In this document: positions 57,158 to 64,000 of the stretch, one piece after another
How the letters are laid out: each line of letters opens with the position of its first letter
Position numbering within the stretch: position 1 is the first letter of the stretch
Assembly: GCA_963806185.1 (NCBI GenBank)
Contig: CAWDXE010000001.1
Coordinates: 672,001 to 736,000, forward strand
Origin: an uncultured candidate division Zixibacteria bacterium
GTDB lineage: Bacteria > Zixibacteria > MSB-5A5 > GN15 > FEB-12
Length of the DNA: 64,000 nucleotides
Direction: 5' to 3'
The notes under the pieces: generated by a model
What the model saw: only the letters and a program-made list of their open reading frames with translations
Told to the model about the DNA's origin: nothing
Databases searched by the model: none
Position numbers and translations under genes: made by a program

Positions 57158-57442
57158 ACTGTAGCAATGCCTTTCATATGATCGAGTTGACCTCGACCCA
57201 TTTTCCTTCTCTACACCGCGTCCTTGATCAAACCATTCACGGGAAGATCACGTAAAAGAAGACCCGGATCGGCTGACGCCGCCGGGTGAGTGCAGACGGA
57301 CACAAGTATAGCATACAACGTCAAAAACACCAACATGTTTCTGCATGAATTCCCCCTTGACAGCCCGTCCGGTGGCCTCTTGACATGCCGGTTTCGGTTC
57401 GGTATGTAGACTCTCCTGCAGGAGCTAACTGGAGGCAGGACC

Positions 57443-58315
57443 ATGGCTTTGGCATTTCGAGACGACTATTGGGACCATCCTGCCCTCAAGCAGGAGTTTA
57501 TCCGCTTTGTGAACAGCATGTTCGGCCTGGACCTGAGCCTGTGGGACAAAAGCGGTTTCTGGGACAACAATTACCGGCCCTTTTCCTTCTTTGAGGGCGA
57601 CAAACTGGTCGCCAGTCTCTGCCTTTATTCCATGTCCATGACTGTCCAGGGAAAGGATTGTCTGGCTGGACAATTCTCGGCGGTGGCCACGCTGCCGGAG
57701 TATCGCCGTCGGGGACTGAGCGCCAAGCTCATGAAGCTAGCGACCGAATGGGCGACGGACACGCACGCCTTCTTCTTTCTCTTTGCCAATGAAGAAGCGT
57801 TCCCGTTCTACGAGCGCTGCGGTTACCGTCGGTACTCGGAATATAAATATCACCTGCCGGTGGTCGGCCGACCGGCGATTCCTGGTCTCGTGAGGCTCGA
57901 TGTTCAAAACGCTGGACATCTCGGAATGATCTTTCGTTACGCTTCTGAACGAGCTCCGGTATCCAGCGCTCTCGGCGTGAATAGTCCGAAATTGCTTATG
58001 TTCTGGTGCCTGTATGGTCTGCGCGACCATATCTATCACGTACCCGAACTTGATCTTCTGGTGCTTCTGGGGCGCCAGGGGAATCTACTGACGATTTACG
58101 ATTTGGTTGGCCGAGACCTGCCCGCATTCACAACAATCTATCCTTACGTGGGCCACCCCGACGACCAGACGGTCAATTTTCTATTCCTGCCGGACAGGCT
58201 GGGATTACGGGATGGTGTCGAGAGAATCGAGGTCACCGAGAACGGGACGCATCTGTCCGGTCACTTTCCGCTGAGCGATACACCCTTTATCTTCCCGCTG
58301 ACTTCTCACGCATAG
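57443..58315 (+). CDS. GNAT family N-acetyltransferase
   Basis: VATLPEYRRRGLSAKLM acetyl-CoA motif; LFAN...FYERCGY. RBS GGAGG. Confidence 0.88.
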   Translation: MALAFRDDYWDHPALKQEFIRFVNSMFGLDLSLWDKSGFWDNNYRPFSFFEGDKLVASLCLYSMSMTVQGKDCLAGQFSAVATLPEYRRRGLSAKLMKLATEWATDTHAFFFLFANEEAFPFYERCGYRRYSEYKYHLPVVGRPAIPGLVRLDVQNAGHLGMIFRYASERAPVSSALGVNSPKLLMFWCLYGLRDHIYHVPELDLLVLLGRQGNLLTIYDLVGRDLPAFTTIYPYVGHPDDQTVNFLFLPDRLGLRDGVERIEVTENGTHLSGHFPLSDTPFIFPLTSHA

Positions 58316-58434
58316 GTTGGATAACCCAGACGATCCGGCACCGAAAAGTGATTGCTACATTTCTTGGACGCACGTACTGTAACCTGTCACACAACTCGGA
58401 GACTCCCGCCTTTCACTTTTTGGAGATTGGGTCT

Positions 58435-58941
58435 ATGGACACTGCTATCAAATTAATCATCTGGGGGCAGTTCGGCGCCGCCATCGATACGCTCGAGAAT
58501 GCCATCACGAATTGTCCCGAGGATCTCTGGGGTGATCGATCGCGCCAGCCGGAGTACTGGTACATCGCCTACCACACCCTGTTCTGGCTCGATTTCTACC
58601 TGTCTGATTCTCACGATGACTTTCGCCCGCCGGCCCCGTTTGGCCTTGAGGAAATGGATCCGGCCGGAGTACTTCCACCCCGCGTTTATTCCAAGGACGA
58701 GCTGCTGACTTATCTGAGGTACGGCCGCGAAAAGGGCCGTAACGCCATTGCTTCTCTAACCGACGATAAACTTCGGCAGCAATACAACTTCGGCAAGGTG
58801 AGTCTTCCGATCGTGGAACTTCATTTGTATACGATGCGCCACCTTCAGCACCACGCGGCACAACTCAATCTGATCCTGCGCCAGTCAGCTGACAGGGGCT
58901 CAGGCTGGGTATTCAAGTCGAAAACACCGCTTGAAATCTGA
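58435..58941 (+). CDS. DinB family protein
   Basis: CPEDLW, WYIAYHTLFWLD, RHLQHHAAQL. ATG at 58435 follows GGAG. Confidence 0.85.
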   Translation: MDTAIKLIIWGQFGAAIDTLENAITNCPEDLWGDRSRQPEYWYIAYHTLFWLDFYLSDSHDDFRPPAPFGLEEMDPAGVLPPRVYSKDELLTYLRYGREKGRNAIASLTDDKLRQQYNFGKVSLPIVELHLYTMRHLQHHAAQLNLILRQSADRGSGWVFKSKTPLEI

Positions 58942-59227
58942 ATATGGACGTTTATTATCGTCTTACTGTTCGGCATCAAGTTCAGCGGTCAATTGGCAGT
59001 CGGTAACTGGTAGTCGACAATAAAACGCTTTGAGGTTGGACCATTAATGGGTATTTTGTCGGAAATTGGCACTCGCACGTTGCAGAGACTTAAGTAGGTA
59101 ACACGTATCGTTTTGTTTTCTTTGGTTCAGCGTCCGTAGTTTCTTGTCCTGGTTCTGGAGATTTCCAACTGCACTTGGATCCCGCTGCTTACCGAGGTGA
59201 ACACCGCATGGAGAGGAGCCCCCAGCC

Positions 59228-60337
59228 GTGTCTGCCCTGAGTCGCAAACCATTGACCATTGGCGGCCACGTCGCTCGCTTTCCCATTATTCAAGGTGGCA
59301 TGGGGGTCGGCATTTCATTGTCCGGTCTCGCCTCCGCGGTCGCGAATGAAGGGGGTATCGGCGTCATCGCCGCCTCCGGCGTCGGCATGAACGAACGCGA
59401 CTTCCGATCGAACTTTCTCGAGGCAAACATCCGCGCCCTGCGACGTGAGATTCGGCGAGCTCGTGACGCGACTTCCGGTATTCTCGGCCTCAATGTCATG
59501 ATGGCCAACTCCAATCACGGCGATCTCTTCCGGACAGCCATCGAGGAAGGTATTGATATCATCTTCTCCGGTGCCGGTCTTCCGATGAACCTGCCTCAGT
59601 ACTTGAACGGTTCCACTCGCACCAAGCTGGTGCCGATAGTTTCTTCGGCGAGAGCTGCCAGCTTGATCTGCAAGCGCTGGCTTCACAAGTTCGATTATTT
59701 GCCGGACGCAGTGGTGGTCGAAGGACCACGGGCAGGTGGGCATCTTGGCTTTGCCGAAGATCAGATCTTTGACCCCGACTTTGCACTGGACAGGTTGATA
59801 CCAGCCGTGCTCGAGGAGGTCAATCAGTATTCGACGAAGTATGATAAAGCTATTCCCGTCATTGCTGCCGGCGGCGTGTACAGCGGGGGCGACATCCTGT
59901 CGTTTCTGGATATGGGTGCGGGCGGCGTTCAGATGGGTACTCGGTTTGTGGCCACTCACGAATGCGACGCCGACCTGTCGTTCAAGCAGATGTATATTGA
60001 TGCCCGCTCGGAGGACATTGTCATCATCAAGAGTCCGGTCGGGATGCCGGGGCGGGCGATTCGCAATGAGTACATTGACGATGTCTCTTCCGGCATGAAG
60101 AAGCCGTTCAACTGTCCCTATCACTGCATTTCAACGTGCGACATAGTCAATTCCCCGTACTGCATCGCCCATGCCCTCATGAGCGCCCAGAAGGGACGCT
60201 TCCGCTTCGGCTTCGCCTTCGCCGGTGCCAACGTACACCGGGTGACCGAGATCATCTCGACCAAGGAACTGTTCAAGCGACTGATCGCCGAATACGAAGA
60301 AGCGTTTTCCACTCTTCTGGCTGCTTCACTGGCCTGA
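59228..60337 (+). CDS. Nitronate monooxygenase / FabK-FabX family flavoprotein
   Basis: PIIQGGMGVGIS, EGPRAGGHLG, AAGG, GVQMGTRF, SPVGMPGRA, C-terminal CPYHCISTC...YCI. Confidence 0.9.
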   Translation: MSALSRKPLTIGGHVARFPIIQGGMGVGISLSGLASAVANEGGIGVIAASGVGMNERDFRSNFLEANIRALRREIRRARDATSGILGLNVMMANSNHGDLFRTAIEEGIDIIFSGAGLPMNLPQYLNGSTRTKLVPIVSSARAASLICKRWLHKFDYLPDAVVVEGPRAGGHLGFAEDQIFDPDFALDRLIPAVLEEVNQYSTKYDKAIPVIAAGGVYSGGDILSFLDMGAGGVQMGTRFVATHECDADLSFKQMYIDARSEDIVIIKSPVGMPGRAIRNEYIDDVSSGMKKPFNCPYHCISTCDIVNSPYCIAHALMSAQKGRFRFGFAFAGANVHRVTEIISTKELFKRLIAEYEEAFSTLLAASLA

Positions 60338-60431
60338 ACTGGTCCTTCTGGCCGCAATCGCCCATTTGCGATTTCCCGACAATCAGCATAATTTCTCAGC
60401 ACACGCAATCAACTCTTGTCAGGAGATTTCT

Positions 60432-60986
60432 GTGACCGTATTCAGTCTCCCCGGCCCGCACCTTACCCTGTCTATCCTCAGCCCCGATCAGGCCGAGTTG
60501 GTCCGACGGTATTATCTGGAGAACCGCGATCATCTTGAACCATGGGAACCGAGTCGCGATGAATCGTTTTATTCGCTGTCGGCAATCGAGACTCGCCTTC
60601 GCACCGGTGCCGACGCCTTCGCCGACGGCACATCGTTTTCCTTCGCCGTTATCGATAACGAATCAGGCCGGATGATTGGAATCTGCAATTTCTCCAATAT
60701 CGTGCGAGGCGTGTTTCAAGCCTGCCATCTTGGCTTTGCTATCGATGTGTCGTTTCAGGGAAGGGGAATGATGTTCGAGGCTGTGAAGATGGGGATTAAA
60801 TACATGTTCGACGAGGTAGGGCTGCATCGCATCATGGCCAACTACTTGCCAGACAACGAGCGGAGCGCCCGTTTGTTAACCCGGCTCGGATTCGAGCGCG
60901 AAGGTTACGCCCGGGCCTATCTGAAGATTGCTCGCCGGTGGCAGGACCATGTTCTCACCGCCCTGATAAATCCGAACGCCAAATGA
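60432..60986 (+). CDS. RimJ-like GNAT N-acetyltransferase
   Basis: ENRDHLEPWEP, NIVRGVFQACHLG, QGRGMM, LHRIMANY.P.NERS, WQDH. GTG at 60432 follows AGGAG. Confidence 0.9.
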   Translation: MTVFSLPGPHLTLSILSPDQAELVRRYYLENRDHLEPWEPSRDESFYSLSAIETRLRTGADAFADGTSFSFAVIDNESGRMIGICNFSNIVRGVFQACHLGFAIDVSFQGRGMMFEAVKMGIKYMFDEVGLHRIMANYLPDNERSARLLTRLGFEREGYARAYLKIARRWQDHVLTALINPNAK

Positions 60987-60994
60987 CTGTGCGA

Positions 60995-62890
60995 CTACCG
61001 GTCTATCCCCACACCGATCTCCACCGGCGTCGAGCTGGTCGAATCTGCCCGTGGCGTTATCCAGCGTCTTCCGTTTTGCGCCCATGACTCCTTGTAAGTG
61101 TCATTTCCACCGCCATCGACGAAGATGCCAAACGTGTTCAGGTATGCCCGTGGACCCTGCTTTAGACCTCTCGCTCCGCCGAGCATATACTGGCCGCTGG
61201 TGTTGTACACGTCGTCACCGGCCCAGTCGTCGAATATGCCGATCCCCTGGAAGTTTCCCCCACCCGCCGAAAGTCCCGGCGCAAAGTAGGTGTCGTTGCC
61301 GCTTCGGTCGTTGAAATACCCAATAGTAAAATCATGCCCCGACCCGATCGACATGTTCATGGTCGCATTGTACGTGTCGTTTCCGTCGAAATCGTCCAAA
61401 TAGCCGATCGCATAGTGCGCTCCCGAACCGAGTGTGTACCACACACTGTAATAGTCGTCATTGCCGGCACCGTCGATCAGCATGCCTAGGGCGAACCAGT
61501 ACCCGCACCCTTGCGCAAACAGGCCGGCGCGGTACTGATCATCACCGTTCACGTCGCAGAGAATGCCGACTCCTCCTGCCCAACTGTGACCGTCGACATA
61601 ATCTGCCCGCTTCCCGAATCCAACCCCCTGGGCCAACGATGAATTGTGCTCCTGCGTTTGCTGTCCCGGGCTGAAGAGAATGCTGTCCTCCGCCAAATAC
61701 ACATCGTCTCCCGAGTAGTTCAGGCACAAGCCGCACCCCTTCGTATATCCATACCCCTGCGCATTCGACCAGCAGTACAACGAATCGTTCCCGGTGCTGT
61801 CGGTCAGAATGCCGATACCGAATACCCCGCACCCCTGCGCATTGGACTTGCAGCGATAGACATCGCGACCGGTGTTGTCGATCACCACTCCGACACCGAA
61901 TACGCCGCACCCCTGCGCGACATTCTTCGCTTCGTACCGGTCATCACCCTCCCTGTCGATTACCACTGCCATCCCCAGCACGGCGCCGCCGACGCCGGGT
62001 ACGGTCGAATCCGACGACAGGTAGCGGTCATTTCCGGCGACATCAATGATCGCACACAACGGATAGCCAGTGGGATATCCCGAGATACGATAGGTATCAT
62101 CGCCCCCCGGATCGAGTATCAGGAGCGGCGGTGTGCGATACGTGTAGGTGTCCTTGCCCTTCGTGCCGATTACTATCAAACCCTTCTTGGACGGAATCTC
62201 GGTTTGGAAACTCGGAAAGGCGCAGAACTCGAGTGAATCGGCCACCCGGCTGAGTGCCTCCGCGATATCCTCGGCGCCACCCACCATTCTATTCAGGTCT
62301 ACCTTTGCCGCCAGTTCCTCGACCAGATCGTTGTATTGCTGACTGTCGGACACGAAATATTGGAAAACCTGCCGGCGGCACTTGTCAAGATCAACCTTCT
62401 CGAATGATCGTGTGAAATTGAACTCGGCATCATCGACAATCGCGTAGAGCAGATCGACCTTGTCCTTCAGCTTGTTGTATTTCTCCCCCGCCAGTAGATT
62501 GCGACTCCGGGTGAATGACGGCAGCGGTAAAGAGTCTTGCCGCTTAAGGTATTTCTCCAGAGGATCGCCAATCAGATTCCGCCGCACTGGGCAGTCTATT
62601 TTGCGCCCCGCATTAGCGACCAGAGCGCTGATATTGCCGATATCCGCCGAGTACGCCTCCAGGTTCATCTTCCCGTACTTTGGCAGTTTGAACGGATTCC
62701 GGTGAAACATGGTGAAGTACGTCAGGCGCCAGGTGTCCCCGCCGAAAGTCGCCATTTCGTCGGCGTCGAACCGGATGTCTTCGTGGGTCATACCCACCTG
62801 CGCCATCGCCGAATCAATCAAATCCAACTCCTGAGCGCTGACGAACGCCGGGACGAGACACACCACTGCGAGAACTGCTAATTGCTTCAT
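60995..62890 (-). CDS. Secreted hypothetical protein with Gly/Asp-rich QG.G..G.G...D..G.D.Y repeats
   Basis: Signal peptide; tandem repeats such as AQGCGVFGVGVVIDNTGRDVY and AQGCGYWFALGMLIDGAGNDDY. Confidence 0.8.
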   Translation of the reverse strand: MKQLAVLAVVCLVPAFVSAQELDLIDSAMAQVGMTHEDIRFDADEMATFGGDTWRLTYFTMFHRNPFKLPKYGKMNLEAYSADIGNISALVANAGRKIDCPVRRNLIGDPLEKYLKRQDSLPLPSFTRSRNLLAGEKYNKLKDKVDLLYAIVDDAEFNFTRSFEKVDLDKCRRQVFQYFVSDSQQYNDLVEELAAKVDLNRMVGGAEDIAEALSRVADSLEFCAFPSFQTEIPSKKGLIVIGTKGKDTYTYRTPPLLILDPGGDDTYRISGYPTGYPLCAIIDVAGNDRYLSSDSTVPGVGGAVLGMAVVIDREGDDRYEAKNVAQGCGVFGVGVVIDNTGRDVYRCKSNAQGCGVFGIGILTDSTGNDSLYCWSNAQGYGYTKGCGLCLNYSGDDVYLAEDSILFSPGQQTQEHNSSLAQGVGFGKRADYVDGHSWAGGVGILCDVNGDDQYRAGLFAQGCGYWFALGMLIDGAGNDDYYSVWYTLGSGAHYAIGYLDDFDGNDTYNATMNMSIGSGHDFTIGYFNDRSGNDTYFAPGLSAGGGNFQGIGIFDDWAGDDVYNTSGQYMLGGARGLKQGPRAYLNTFGIFVDGGGNDTYKESWAQNGRRWITPRADSTSSTPVEIGVGIDR

Positions 62891-63011
62891 TCGAGATCTC
62901 CCGATTTGCTGGATTCCAATATACCCGGGACATTGACTATAACCAGTTTTAATCCGGGTGGTGAGTCAACTGGCCCTTGCCGAGATCGGCCCGCCCAACT
63001 ACATTTCCCCC

Positions 63012-63527
63012 ATGACCGTTCGTAAACTCGCTGCCGATGACGTCGCCGCCTTCCGCGAACTGCGGATCGAAATGTGCCGATCACACCCCGAGGCATTCGG
63101 GCAGACACCCGACGAAGTTTCGGTCATGACGGATGAGAAGTTGCTTGAGTGGATGGCTCCCAGCGACGACTACCCTGAAAAGTTTGTGCTGGGTGAGTTC
63201 GACGGCGACAGGCTTATCGGCACAGTCGCCTTTCGCCGCGAAGATTCGGTGAAAGAACGCCACCGCGGCTGGATCTGGTCGGTGTATGTGCTTCCGGAAG
63301 GGCGTGGCAAGGGAATTAGTCGGAATCTCATGCAGATGACAATCGACGAGTCGCGCAGGATCAACGGCCTCGAGTTACTGACACTCGTCGTGGCGATGCC
63401 TCAAACCAGCGCCCGCACCCTTTACACCTCTCTTGGTTTCTTCACCACCGGGCTCATTCTCCACGGCTACAAGCTGCCCGATGGCCGGTATATTGATCAG
63501 GAAGAAATGATGCTCTGGTTGACGTAG
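63012..63527 (+). CDS. GNAT family N-acetyltransferase
   Basis: HPEAF, HRGWIWSVYVLPEGRGKG, ARTLYTSLGF. Confidence 0.88.
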   Translation: MTVRKLAADDVAAFRELRIEMCRSHPEAFGQTPDEVSVMTDEKLLEWMAPSDDYPEKFVLGEFDGDRLIGTVAFRREDSVKERHRGWIWSVYVLPEGRGKGISRNLMQMTIDESRRINGLELLTLVVAMPQTSARTLYTSLGFFTTGLILHGYKLPDGRYIDQEEMMLWLT

Positions 63528-63549
63528 TCTCGCGTTTGGTGACGATCCC

Positions 63550-64000
63550 ATGATCAGACTGATCTTCATATTCATACTTTCGGCGTTTCTGGCCGGCCTG
63601 GCATGCGAGAAGGACAGCACCATTGGCCCCGTTGACAATAATTCCGCGTATACCGATCTGACCGTCAACATCTTCGGTATGACGCCGGTCATCGGGCATC
63701 CGGCGGTCTTCGATGTCCGCACAGTTTCAAGTTCGCTGGTGGCCCGGGGCATTCTCGACCCGATCGGCAACGCCACTGTGACCTTCAAAATGCCGGGGGC
63801 TCTCCCTCCCGGTTCAAACGAGAATCTCGATTTCTACTCAGACCTGAATGACAACGGCACCTACGATGCCCCGCCCATCGATCACGCCTGGCGGGTGGCT
63901 ATCCCCGCCAACGGCGTTGTCAACTTCACTCACAACACCTCGTTCACCGATATTGGGACACTGGCCGGCCTTTTCAACTTCGAAATGAATTTTGACGCCG
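63550..64000 (+). CDS. Lipoprotein, 3'-truncated by the window edge (absent from the ORF track)
   Basis: MIRLIFIFILSAFLAGLAC lipoprotein signal; frame stays open to the window end; DLNDNGTYDAPPIDHAWR...FTHNTSFTDI. Confidence 0.75.
   Translation, partial: MIRLIFIFILSAFLAGLACEKDSTIGPVDNNSAYTDLTVNIFGMTPVIGHPAVFDVRTVSSSLVARGILDPIGNATVTFKMPGALPPGSNENLDFYSDLNDNGTYDAPPIDHAWRVAIPANGVVNFTHNTSFTDIGTLAGLFNFEMNFDA

Noticed and set aside
59066..59085. Sigma54 promoter (TGGCAC...TTGCA) upstream of the flavoprotein gene
   Set aside because: The GG-to-GC spacing is 12 nt rather than the required 10.

Overview
Gene-dense bacterial chromosomal window. The dockerin-like tail and the QNYPNPFNP-type C-terminal sorting domains suggest an FCB-related lineage such as Zixibacteria (inference). 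Left to right it holds: (1) the 3' end of hgcA plus hgcB, the mercury-methylation pair; (2) an AraC / alcohol dehydrogenase / aldo-keto reductase module; (3) an Rrf2-led clade II nitrous-oxide reductase operon (cyt c, nosZ, nosB-nosL fusion, nosDFY), followed by a heme-copper-oxidase subunit I-like protein that has lost two of its three CuB ligands, and a hemerythrin; (4) a TonB-dependent receptor with a dockerin-tailed partner behind a Pho-box-like repeat; (5) a GH13 enzyme, secreted proteases and outer-membrane proteins; (6) a 14-kb minus-strand operon coupling a 2653-aa surface protein and a PorV-like barrel-TPR fusion to a complete partner-switching module (PP2C phosphatase, STAS-anti-sigma kinase, STAS) and a histidine kinase, preceded by a near-consensus sigma28-type promoter; (7) an OPT transporter, typA, GNATs, DinB and a FabX/nitronate-monooxygenase-family flavoprotein. 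I saw no rRNA, tRNA, CRISPR array or intact transposase. The best candidates for undescribed systems are the trans-envelope signalling operon (35940-50324) and the nos-linked pseudo-oxidase (11594-13740). All calls come from reading motifs by eye; no database searches were run.
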